A stretch of DNA of 64,000 nucleotides, taken from assembly GCA_964304625.1 (NCBI GenBank), contig OZ199840.1:5693200-5757199 (forward strand), in the 5' to 3' direction. The notes beneath the pieces are model-generated. The model had not been told where the DNA came from, did not search any database, and worked only from the letters and a program-made list of their open reading frames with translations. Made by a program: the position numbers and the translations under genes. The number at the start of each line of letters is the position of its first letter. The stretch's first letter is position 1. Source of the DNA: Kudoa neothunni (Eukaryota > Animalia > Cnidaria). Positions 25,475 to 38,258 of the stretch are shown here, one piece after another.

Positions 25475-28400
25475 TCTATCTATTATATATATAAAGCTGA
25501 AGTGTCCATGTGTGTGTACGTGTATCAGTAAATACGCATGTGCGTCAAAATTTTTTCCTCATAGAGGGATGTTTATAAAATTTTTTAAAAATCACGATGT
25601 TTCAAAAGATCTTTAAATCATTTTTACACTATTCAATGTTCCCAAAGATGTTTAGAAAATGGTGATTTTATCGATTCAAAGTTTGTTTAACGGATTACTT
25701 GAGCTCAACAATAGGATTAACACCTGTTTGACCTCCTGATAGTCGGTTGAGGGTAACCTTACTCCTTATATGATTTATCAAATTTAAATAAGCGATATCA
25801 TCTGACTTTTTATATAATGTTGGCATGTATATTTGGTGTTTTTCACATAGACATTTTGTTGTCGAGAGTTTTAACGTATTACGCTTGATAGACACATATT
25901 GAAGGTTCTATTAATGGTTTAAGATATGATAAATAATCTATATATGTTTTATGAATAACGAATTCGTAGAGAACGTTAAAACTATATTGATTAGAGCATT
26001 ATGATGGAAATACTGCGTCCGTAGATTTCATTGGAATCATCCGCTAAGTTAACTTTCCGTGATTAGATTCAATGCAGATGGTTTTACTTCATCCGATTAT
26101 TTGAATTATTTATGTTGATGTTGACTCAATTTGAAACTTTTTGTGAGAAATAATTCATTAATGTTCATGCCGGGACAAGGATTAATAATTTGAGTATTAA
26201 AAATTAATTATTGTAAAGTTTCTTCTATTTCTATATCTTTTTTTACCACCCAAGAAAAACATGACAAAATTTTCTGAGTCGGGCCAGAATCGGCTTTGAA
26301 AAATCCGTGGTTCAAAAAATAATATTTTGAGGCAGAGGTGGGAAATTATATTTTGAAATGGGCCGGATTATAGTATAGTCAATATAGTTGACCAAATGGA
26401 TACTTAAGATATTATTTCTAATACTTCAATATTAAAATAAGGTAGATTGACATTAGTCAAATGTAAAAACCGCATGAATATTATTTTTTAAGCATAAAAA
26501 AGTTTACATTATAAAATTGGGATCAAATAAATAATGATCAATGAGATAGGTGTAATCTACTACAATCGCTAACTAATTTTTCAAAATTTGGATCTTAGGT
26601 TGCTTGTATTGATTCTTGGAACAGCCCGGAGGTTTGAATCAGTCAATAAATACCTATTCTCTGATTTGTTGATAAACATAACGGAAAAATTTTTCTTGAT
26701 TCAATGTTCGATAGAAATCAACTAGGCTTCTATTTTCAAATACAGACTTTATCATAATGTCTGATTGCAGATCTATAATTTCAAAATTGTAATTCATCAG
26801 TAGCTTTTTCGAAGTCATATGTAAACGGAGATTTTAACAAGTTGAATTGAGGCTTCATTCTCTTAAAATCTAAAAATTTCCTTCCAAATTCTTCTACTAA
26901 ACTTAACATTTGCTCACTGCATTTCTCTGCATATGTGCCATTCACACACTGAGTCTTTAAACAAGGGAAATGTGCATAGTTCTGATTTGAAAGTTTGATG
27001 TTTAAATCATTTATTTTCAAAAAAACACTATAATTTCATCTTTGAGTTCCCAAACCCTTCTTAAAACTTTCCCAAGACTTAGTCATCGCACATTTGTATG
27101 ATACAAAACATCAGAATAGTCAGATTCCATATATTCCAAAAAAATACGGAATTGCCTGTGGTTCAGTCCCTTCGTCCTTATTATATCCACAGCATTTGTG
27201 ACCGAATCAACGATATTTTTTAGGGCCAATTTTGATTTGCAGAGACTTTCTTGGTTAATTATACAATGAAAAGAAAGTAGATTGTGGTTTGGGTAACTTT
27301 GTTTAATCTTTTCACTCATTAGTTTAACACGACCGCGATGTCTCCTAATTAATGCAGGGACTCCGTCAGTTGTATTACTTACAAGTTTATCAAGGTATAA
27401 TCGAGATTTCTCCAAGAAATTCATAACACTCTCATAAACGTCTTGCGTAGTAGTAGTAATATTTTTAAGACTTTCCATTGATAGAGGCTCCTCTGTGATG
27501 TTAAAATCTTCAGCAATGCCATGAATAAAAATAAGTAATTGCGATGTATCGCATATGTCTGTACTTTCGTCTAACGCTAACGAATACCATTGGAAGGATT
27601 CTGCCATGTCCAATAGCTTTTTGTTTAAGTTCTTTTAAGTAGCAGAAATAGCGTCCAGCTTGCGTACAATAGTTCTCCTTGACAGTGGAATTGATTCAAA
27701 TTTTTTTTAACCTCAGGACAAACAGTTTCAGCTATTTCAACCAAACAAGATTTCGAAAACTCAGAATCAGCGAATGGTTTGTTACACTACAATCTTCCAT
27801 GCTAATCCTGAAGCTAGTTTTTGTTGCACAATCTTGTATGCAAGTTGACTTCACAAATGTACTTTGCCGCCTTACTCTTTAGCTTCATTTCAGAAAAATT
27901 TTGACTAAAGGTAGTATAAAGCGATTTGAAATGTCTTTTTAAAATTATATTTTTTGAACACGACATTCATTATCAATTTTTCATTTTGCAGAACTCATCG
28001 TAATTTCAGACCTGAACGCCTGGTGACTGAATTGCTCGCACGCATGATTCTAAGTTACTCATAAAATTATTGTGTAAAAGTGCAGCAATTAGTGTTAACT
28101 AATTTGAGCGAATTTCTATGAATTTGTCTTAAAATTAAGCGGTTCATTATCTTATTGAATTTTATGCAGTTAATTAAACTCGATTATTCGGTACGGTCTG
28201 TTCTCATTTCTTACTGTAGGCTAGTTTTTTGTTTTGTTTTGAAATTTGTTTCATCCGCTATTTTGTGTAGCTTGGCATGACTGCGAATCTCACCGTCAAT
28301 ATTTATACGATGAGTCACTCTCAAATAATCCTAATATTATGGGAAGAATATTATACATTTTCGGAACTCAAATTTTAAATTTAAAACCACAATTGCTATT

Positions 28401-28818
28401 AAATCAGGGTATAAAAAATATGAGTTTAGTTTAATAACGTTGAAAAGTATTTGTCTTCAACCAAAACCTTCATAGAGAGAAACTAATTGCAAAATATATC
28501 AAGGACGGGTGAATTAACAAAAAGCTCTCTATCAAGCTTCGGTAATGTTTTTAAACAATATGGCGGGCCAGATAAGACATCGTGGCCGGTCGTATCATAC
28601 CCACCCCTGCCTTAAGGTAATTTAAATAATTCGGAAACGTAAAAAAATGATCATAATTTAAATTTCATCAATCCAAATTGTTAATGTATGATGCTTCAAA
28701 TTTTTTAGTTATTTTTATTCTATGGATTAATTCACGACTTCAGTATATTTTGCGAATGTTATTAAGATGTGTATCTATGCGAAATCTTCCCCAAGCAACG
28801 CTAGATAGTTCGCGCTAG
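25475..28818 (+). mobile_element. Non-autonomous Helitron carrying nested piggyBac and hAT insertions
   Basis: 5' end A|TCTATCTATTATATATATAAAGCTGAAGTGT..GTGTGT and 3' end TTCGCGCTAG|T. Segments at 26170-26330 and 28620-28818 are homologous to 58700-59070. Confidence 0.65.
26333..28609 (-). mobile_element. hAT (Buster/SPIN, GTF2IRD2-like) transposon, decayed
   Basis: TIRs CAG(A/G)GGTGGG with a degenerate 8-bp TSD (ttttgagg/ccttaagg). Motifs WYSLALDESTD, TTDGVPAL, FHCIINQESLC, YHTNVR. Confidence 0.92.
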
Positions 28819-29984
28819 TTGTATTTAAAATAAGAAAAGTATTATCCCTTATATTTATGGTTGTTTCAGATTTAAAATAAAAATCGAAACGTTTACTAAT
28901 GCGAATTAAAATAAGGCGGAAAGTATCAATTGCGCTCTATCGAAGTATGTTCTATCAATAACCTACTCTGTACACAAATTTTTAGCGCAAAAGTAGGTTA
29001 AATCTTTCTAAATATCTTTAGTAGGAAACATTTATGAAAAAAATTACGAGTACGATCCCTCGAAAAATTTCTTTTTAAATCCCCCTGCAGAAGAGAGGTC
29101 ATAAACTTTTAATTTTTAAAAATCAGAGTATTTTACTCAAGCCAGAGTTTAAGGGGCTACTCAATTAGTTCCGATATACAACGTGCGAATAAATTAGACG
29201 TGAGAACTTGATTCGTTAAAAACAGGTGCATATTTGAAGCTTGCTTAGGTGGGTGCAACCATATAGTTATTTGGCGTGAGAACTATAATCCGTGATTCTA
29301 ATATGTAAGCTCATTTAGCATTATAAACAGTGATTAATAACAACGTTTTAATTCCTTTGAGAAATATATGTTTATCGCATATTTGTACAACAAGACGGGC
29401 TCATTTAATACTTGTTATAGATCAGCTTAATTTCTGATTTTATATTAAGGTTACACTTTATCAAACATTTTCTTATTAACTCTCAATACAAAATTGGTAA
29501 CAAAATATTTTATCATTTATTAATTTATAATTTGGCCGAAATTATTCTACAGAACTTTTGGTGTGAATTAAGTAAGTTGTTAATATTAAAAGTAATTTAC
29601 TAAACATTCAGCACAATAACAAACATCGGTCTCTAATACTTCTGATGATATAGCTTTTGACGACCGTGTGTCGGCAACATCAAAAAGCGTTCTCATTTGA
29701 CGAAATCCGGGCTCAACTTGGAGATTAACTATGCTAACATACAACTCAATAAATATAATAAAACCTTCATCAAGCCAATCCAAAGCAACTGAAATACATT
29801 TATTGAATATAACTTATATTGTAAGGAAATTTTTATTAATTTATCACATGAAATTTCAATGTTGAAGTTATAGATATGTTGATCGCCGATAATGAATTGC
29901 GTCAAGAACAGTATTAACACTTAAAATAAAGGATTATTACTGACGCTTCGAGATTAGTTTCAACATCTTTGAGAACTGAACGCA

Positions 29985-31387
29985 ATGAAGTTTTTGCAAT
30001 TTACCTATCTGTTGATTCTGAGTAACTTGTTGTAGTTATTCTTACTATTGATCACTCTTAGTTATATTATCTTGCTCGGTACACAATAAGCCCAAACACA
30101 GTGTCGCCTATGAAGATGAAAACGTTCCTAATGAGATGATGGACGAAAACCCATATATTTCAACTCAAATTGACGATATCGATTGGCATGAGACAAACAG
30201 AGATGCCCTTACAGAAACATCATCCAATTCAGGCCACAATGCCAATTCGAACGACGATCCCTCATTGGATGGTGTAAATACTTCGAACTATTTGAGTGAA
30301 TTGTTTCAAAATTTCCAGGAAAAGTTCAGGGGTATTTTGGAAAAAACGAAAACTGAAGTCAATCCGTCTTCTCGGCCAATCCCAATTGATACTCGTTCAA
30401 CTGATTCTAAAACAATAGAGGAGTCAAATAAAAATGTTAAGGGTCAGTCTGTTGAGTCGATAAACAAGGATAAATCCAAACCAATCAATTCGCATGTTAC
30501 GAAAGTTGTTCCCGTGGTTGAGGATAAAGACGAAACTCATTCGCGGGATACATTTAAAATAGATGGACCTCATCATTCATCTGAAGACGTTAGAATGAAC
30601 GTTCCAGAAGGTGCTGCTGTTTCAGATAAGGTTGATAAAGTCACTGGCGTTGAAAAAAATCAAAATGAACCGCTCGACGTTCCCCCTGAAGAGTCAGAGG
30701 AGGAGGTGAGAGCTTCGCCTGATTTATCCTCAGAGCTTTCCCCTAGTAGTGATTCTACAAAAGTTTCTGAATCTGAGAAAAAACAAAATTCCATTTCTAC
30801 TCCTGATTCTGATTCTGATAAACAACCCAAACATTTCGACATTTTGAATAATGGTTATCATCCTGTTCAGGGAGAACCTGAAAATGAACGTGTTACGGAA
30901 GGCGAAAAATCTGAGACAGATTATAAAGGATTTTCTACTCCAGATGATTTTGATTATGAAGTTGAAGTTGATGAGGAAGACCATACGACTGATTCCCCAT
31001 ACGGTAGTTTTATATTGTCTAAATATCTTGTTTTGATATTCTATAGAGGATATCAGTTTTCTTCCATATGATGGTACTCCTTTTTAGATAATAGTTGTTG
31101 TTATTGACGGTGTTATTTAGATCCTGCCAAACTTGCAGTCATCATTGTAATACCTCTAGCCTTTTGTGTTGTGTCGATAATGACAGTGTATGATTTTTCT
31201 ATTAATAATTCTAGCAATAATTGGCATAATATAGGTCGTTTGGAGTTAACTCGATGAGATCTAGATCGAGAGGTAAAAAACTAGATTTGAAAGTATTTCG
31301 TGATTGTGATTGGTGTTATTTCTAGGAAGAACATACCGTGGAAAGAAGTATGAGTTCCTTGAGCCTGAGGATACACTACAAGTTTGA
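29985..31387 (+). CDS. Type I membrane protein with acidic Ser/Asp/Glu-rich ectodomain, 390 aa (family unresolved)
   Basis: Exons 29985-30021, 30062-31003, 31047-31073, 31121-31187, 31235-31272, 31326-31387. Signal peptide MKFLQFTYLLILIILSCS; TM LAVIIVIPLAFCVVSIMTVSFGV; tail RSRSRGRTYRGKKYEFLEPEDTLQV*. Confidence 0.8.
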
Positions 31388-31805
31388 TTTACGAACAAGC
31401 AAATATAATTTTGTTTATGTTATTATAATTAACTTCATGGATGTATCCTCTTTGTGCTTTGTTTTCTTTGAGTTTATTTTTCCGAATTTTGATTATTTTT
31501 TGCGATCAAATAGCATGTAAGAGTTGCGTTAACTAATGGCTTACTCAAGTTATAAAATGAATAAATGATTGGATATTATTGTATGGCTCAGTGATCCATA
31601 TTCGAAAGTTCTTAAATAGAACCACATAATCTATACTCATTCTGTATCTCTTTTTAACACGGTATGATAATTGGAAATGCTCATGATAACGATCATATTA
31701 GAGGTATTACAATTAAACATAGATAAAAAGGTTAATGCAGCTTAATACAAGCTGCAAAAAATTTATTGAGTCATTGATGATACATCTAAGTCGAAATGCG
31801 TATTA

Positions 31806-34800
31806 ACCCCTAGGAGAAGGACGGATTAATTTAGGAACCCTAATTACTTTATTTTTCGAAATTTCTATTTTTGCCTTTTTGTTCTCTCTATAATTTTCCA
31901 TGTAAACTTTTAATATCAAATAAACTACTAACTACACCAACAATAATTTTTCGTTAAGGTTATAAAATAATTTACTATTTTCTCAAAACCGAACCAATAG
32001 TATTTAATGTTTAAATGAATAAAAGCAATAAGAGTATGACTAAGTTTTGATTTTATTTTCCACCGGAAGAATCCGATATGCTTGGAGGTTATCCTGAGAT
32101 TATTGTAAGACACAGGCGCTCTTAGTTGTATATTAATTTTGAAAGTATAGGTCGATTGGTAATTATAAAACCTGTGACGTCTGAAAAATACCCCTACCTA
32201 TGCGCATCTTTTTTATCGCTAATTTTTTTACGATTCTTATTAATAAAATACACATGGAGAGCAAAATCGTCCCCACGTGTAATCTCCCTTTTGTTTATAA
32301 AAACTTGTTAGTTTCATTATTTGTGAGATATTTTAACATATTCGTTATATTAAATCATGTAAATAACTTTTTAAGATAATTATTGGACCAAAAAGATAGT
32401 TTAAGTGTTCATTATAATGGTGTTACATTTTACAAACTGAGCATATCAATTTGTTCATATTCAGTCGGTGAAATGTAAATCTCATTGTAATTTATTATGC
32501 AAAACCACAATTTTTTGTTTTTAATTTTGAAAGTTGTTGTTTTAATGTGTCCATTATGTTCTAAAAAAAATTATAAACCGTTATATTTGTCATAAAATTA
32601 TTAATATAATATAGCAATTATCAAAATATAAAATAGACGATTTTGAACGTTATGCAGATAAATCCAATAAAGATGACAAAGTATACGTACAATTTTCTGG
32701 ACTACTCTATTTGAGTAAATGTAAAAAATCTGCAATGTTAAAAAAACATTTTTTAATAGTATTTAATAACTGATTTTATTTAGATGTAATATTCTGTCGA
32801 GAATGTGAATATAGAATTATTCGTGTCAAATGAATTATACAATTTTTGGAATTTCCCGCCAAATAATCCTTATCCGATTTCAAAATCTCCATGATAGTAA
32901 ATTTAAAAGAAAAAGTCTTCCGCTATAAAAATTTTTGTGATTTTTTTAGTGACATTATTCAGCTAGTCGATTTTCTAAGTGTACACAAGCATTTAAATAT
33001 TTTTATATAAAAATTATTCGTTTATTAAAATTTTACCTTAATTAAATTCAGAACATGTTATGTGGTAAATATTAGTTTATCTAATGAATGCTTAAATAAC
33101 TAACCTATCTTCTTTGGAATAGTTTATTTGTCCATTTATATTAACATCGATTTTTGAACATAGAAAAAAAGACTAAAATATGAATATTTTCAAAAACATA
33201 TTTACAATAATCAAATTAAAACAACGATAAATTGTTCTTGAAATGTTGTTGAAACGATTTAAGTCTTCGCCCATGATAAATTGATACCATTCTTCAATAA
33301 GGTATTCCTCGCGATTTAAGAATGATACTCCTCGTTTTATGAGAAGAAATTTTGTTGTTAGCCTTCCCTAGCCTCTTTTGATAGTATTTGTATGAGAACC
33401 ATTCTGCACGTATCCTTTCGAGTGTTTGACCCTTTTTGGATTTCTCTTTCGATGTTGGCAAAATGCCGCCGAATTCCACTTCTCTACATAGAAATTCCCC
33501 ATTTTTAAAAGAGAATCCTCTTTCCCATGTCGTCAAGTTTACACTGAGCCAATCCAAAAATCCAAGGACCGTCAACTCTTCCATCATATTTTCCTCTTCT
33601 TAGTTCAGCATCTATTTACATTATTTAATAAAGTAGTGACATCATAAAATACTGTCGAAGGATTCTTCAAAAAATTCTAATTCTGAGGGGGAATAATCGC
33701 CACCATTTCCATCGTCGACTTCTATTAAGTAAAAGGAATACGTTATATAAATAATTATATCAAATTCGAGATTTAGTACCTGACTCCAAAAATTTGTTAT
33801 TTTAAGAAGTTTTCCATACGTCTCCTTTAAGATACCGACACCGATTACGTTTTCTTTTTCCATGCAGGAAGCATTCATCAATTTCTACAATGAAAACTTC
33901 CTCATCAAATCTGTTTCTGCTCTCGAAGGGTGATTTGCAGAGTTGTCAGATTTTTTGAACCACGCTGAAACTGTAGGCATACTTAACTTATCTTTTTTGG
34001 TTGTAGTTAAAATAGTTTCATCCGTACACTAGCGATAGCATATTTTAAATTTTTTTCAATGTTAGGTTTTGGGACGGACCGCGTATAAGAGAGTGAAAAA
34101 AATGTTTCATTTTGGGGGGAAAAGTAGTTTTACACCTATTGTTATTAAAAGAAGCGACTTGAGATAAACTATTACTTTTTACATAGATATGTGAAAGAAT
34201 AATCGACGTTATTTCTGTCATACGCGGACTGTTCAGTTATCGGCCTGCTAACATTTAATTTGCGCTTTCTAGTGATGAAGCAATCGAAATTCTTGCAATT
34301 GCTACAGCGAGTTGGAGCTTTTTAAAGATAACCCTTAGAAACAAGTACATGGAAGAACTTTTCGTAATTATTAATGAGCAAATAAAAGTTATCATGGCTT
34401 TTAAAATTTAACGGCTCCATTTTAGACTAGCATGTGTTAACAAACGCGGAATTAGCATATCCGTTTATTTCTTAATGTAAAAAAATAATTTAAATGATTT
34501 AATATAACGAATATGTTAAAATATCTGACAAATAATGAAACTGACAAGTTTTTGTAAACAAAAGGGAGATTACACATGGGGACGATTTTGCTCGAAGTAG
34601 GATTTGGCTAAAATTTAAAGTTATTTCTAAGGGAAGAATTTTTGCACTCCATATTTATTTATTTTATTAATAAGAATCGTAAAAAAATTTGTGACAAAAA
34701 AGATGCGTACGGGGGGTGTTTTTCAGGTGTCACAAGCTTTATAATTACTGGTCGATTAATATTTAATTTTGTTCCAGCCGGATTTTTCTTTTTACATCAG

Positions 34801-35278
34801 CCATGATTTTTACCATAGAATAAAAATTATAACAGAAAAGGTAGTTGCTTAAAGGGAAGGAAATATTCCTACATTTTAATACCACGATCGCAAAATGAGA
34901 TTAACAAAAACTTTGGGGTACCTTTGTTAGGGCGGTTTTGGCGGTTGTTCCATTCAGATGACAAAGTCACTTGAAAATCAATCTTGAGTTTTCCAATAGT
35001 TAGTTGATAGCTTCATACAAGCATAACCTATATTTTTGAGGAATTGTTTGTTTATTCTCGTTTTTTATCTTAAAGTGATGACTACGAATTGATTGTATTT
35101 TTTCCTAGCTGATTAAATATCTCTATGTTTTGAGCGGTTATTTTTTTTTAAATTAAGTAATAACCACAAAAAACATATGTTTTATCCCTGCGAACGAATT
35201 AAATTGAAATACCTCTGAGATACCTTAGGTTCCCCCTCCGGCAAAAGCGTAAGTTTTTCGAGTTCCGTCTTCCGAGGG
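31806..35278. mobile_element. Possible piggyBac-type MITE into which the Merlin inserted
   Basis: TTAA|CCC at 31806 and GAGGG|TTAA at 35278; only weak TIR similarity. Confidence 0.3.
32150..34757 (-). mobile_element. Merlin (ISXO2/IS1595-like) DNA transposon with long TIRs
   Basis: Inverted repeats of about 220-280 bp (32150-32372 vs 34478-34757). Transposase motifs IVEIDECFLHGKRKRNR, GRVDGPWIFG, HTNTI, KRGV..YLIEEW at 33280-33980. Confidence 0.85.
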
Positions 35279-35830
35279 TTAATTACATTGCGTTGCCATG
35301 TTCGTTGAAATTTTCCAGGTTTACTACCACCAAACACAGTTATTAATACCTTCAATGGTCAATAAAAAAATATTTGTGAATATTTAAAGGCTCTCATCGT
35401 TTTATTTAAACTTAGGTGAGTAACAATTAACACTATTTAAGTAAACAGTCTAATTCCAGTCTTCGTTGTAAAGCATAGGTCTAGTAGCTATTTTAATAAA
35501 CTAAAAAAATAAGCTTCTTATTTTTCATTTTGAATATTAAATAAGACTCTTTAACCGCATTTTTATAAAAAATAATATATTTTATATTTCCTCCTAAAAT
35601 AACTCAACTAAGGATATATTTATTAAGATACTAATTAATTAGATAGCTTTGTTTTACTGGCTTAATAACAATAATATAAACTTAGTCTACAGCACTTAAG
35701 TTGCATTTTTTAACAATATTCAATAGATAAATTTTAATATTATTTTTATAATTATATAGATATTTTTAACATTTGGTGATTTTGAAGTGAACTTTAATTT
35801 GATGCTGGTTTTAAAATTATTTTCTTTTTA

Positions 35831-36900
35831 CCGGGTTTTTATCCCGAATCCGAATTGCGCGTAATTCAAATCCGGATTTGTAGTGACCAAGATGCCTAAA
35901 ATAATCGAACATCCAAACTCAATTCGCGAAGCTGCGGTATATCTTGTCATCCAGAAAGGTAAATCTCTGAAAGAAGTTTCTGAAGATCTAAAAATTCTGC
36001 GATCTACATTGGGCGATATTATTAAAAAATAAGAATTAAAGGAAACTCATTTAAATGATCAAAAAGGCGTAGCAAAAAACACCAAATTAACGGACGATGT
36101 TCAGGAAAGGCTTCTTTCTATCACTGAGGATGATTGATAAACTTGGAGTGCTAGTCTGCCAATCTACTATATACAAATGGCTCAAAAAATAAGATATATC
36201 TTTTAAAATGACGAGGCCGATTCCTAAAGTAGAAATTGTTCTAGCGTAAAAGCAGATAAGTTAGGGTATGTCGATTGGTATACAGAAATCCTCATCAACT
36301 TAAGATACCACAATCTAATTTTCGTTGATGAGAGTCCCTTTTCTCTACACCTCATACGATCCCATGGACGTTCTTTTGTTGGGACTATTTCAAACCCTGT
36401 TTTACCTAATAGTCGAGGACAAAACGCCACAACGAGTTTGGCTGTAAACGCTGTCAATGCGGTTTTGTCGGAAGCTATCCAGGGAAGTGTCAATGCTGAA
36501 ATTTTTCAAGCATTTTTAAAAAAGGTTGCTGATATTTTAGGAAACGAAAATGTTACTACTGTCATGGACAACGTAAGATTCCATCGTAGTAATCAAGAGT
36601 CTTGCGACAACCAAGACTATGAAATTCGTTATTTACCGCGTTATTCGCCATTTTTGAATCCTTGCGAGGAAGATTTATCCAAGATAAAATCCTTTGTTAG
36701 AAAAGATGGCTAAATTAATGGAAATCTAGATTTGATCCAAAGAATGACTGATGCTTCAAACCGAGTAACAGAAAGTGACTTAAACGGATACTTTCAACAT
36801 TGCGAGTCGTTTCATGGTGAATGACATACACACCAAGATATCGGTAGAGATTAAAAAATTAATTATTTAATTATGATATTTTTGTCAATTATTAGGTGTT
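35831..36900 (+). mobile_element. IS630/Tc1-like transposon (DD32E spacing), decayed
   Basis: TA|CCGGGTTTT left end; MPKIIEH start near 35892; FVDESPFSLH; VMDNVRFH; YLPRYSPFLNPCEE. Right end not resolved. Confidence 0.88.
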
Positions 36901-38258
36901 TTTATTAGAATTCAACATAGTTTGTAAATCAATCTAAATCTCAGTTAATCATTGGTAAAAATTAGTTTATCCAACGATTTTAATGTGATTAAAATAAAAA
37001 CAAATAATGATCACATCAATGGATGCTCGTAAAAGGCGGAGATAAATACGGGGGATAATGGGAACTCTCAAGTTCAATCCTTGCCCGGGTCATTTGATTA
37101 TTGTAGCGTTTAATATGTTTATTATGGGGTTTGCGACTATCGAAGTCTAAATTTATAGTTCAACGACCTCTAATTAAATGTTTGAATATTCATGGAGGAG
37201 AAAAAAATTAGCTTGATCTTCTAAACTGACAACCCGACCTTCCTGACATCAGGAGATTGTGGCCTGCAATATTTTAAAATGACCTGTTGAATAAGTTTTA
37301 TTAATACTTTAGTGCACAGATAAGTAAAACAAAATGTAACATATTCTATGATATTTCAATGTTTATCGTAGAAATCTCCCTACATTAATATCTATATCCT
37401 AGTGTATATAGACCAGCGCTTCCTATTCATTTTAGTCTCCGCCCTCTTTCTCAGAGAAGAGATTTAAAATGGATTTATTTTTAGGTGGAGAAAATATCTT
37501 GATTAAAATTACATTAAAAAGAAAAGATCCATTTACTGTAACAAGAAAAAAATATGAGTAAAATTAAATAAAAAAATTAGATGGTTTTAATCATTTTCTT
37601 ATCCTTTTTGGACAATAATTAGGTCATTATCGGACACTTTATCAGACGATAAAAGTTGAGCTTACGCGCAATTTTGGATTTTGTAGTTTTTGGTTCATTA
37701 GAAATTCAAAAATTAATGGAGTTAAATAAACATATAATCAAATCTCGAATGCAAAGTTTTAGTTTATGTAATTTTTTAATGAAAATTGATCCTAATTTAA
37801 AGTATAAAAATTTTAAATAATACAATTTAAAATAATTCATCCTATTTTAAAACACTTTATAAGTGGTTTATTTTTCCCATTAAAAGTAAGTGTTTCATAA
37901 TTTTTTACGATGTACAATTTAAAATATAAACTCAATAGTGTATTTACGAATGAAGAATAGGTTATCATTTTTGTTTCATTTATTAATAAATAGAAAATAG
38001 TAGATTGAAAACATAAATTAATCTTCAGTAGAATTCATCGAATGACTATTTTTCGTTGACTCTACGTCTAAGTATCAGACCCACAATCGGGAAGCCCTGA
38101 TATAGACTAACACATACATCTTTGCACAAAAGCAACTTAAGGCACAACTGAATAATAAAACAGAAAACAATAAACACGATTATATAAACGATATTATAAA
38201 AACAAATAGCAATTCAATTCATAACATCTATATATACGTATATATTTGTATTGCTAAT

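Noticed and set aside
29586-29920. Minus-strand gene divergent from the type I membrane gene
   Set aside because: Exon-like pieces exist, but I could not build a start-to-stop model or recognise a domain.
37060-37095. tRNA 3' half (agttcaatccttgcccgggtca)
   Set aside because: Only a B-box-like fragment, with no A box or cloverleaf; at most a decayed SINE.
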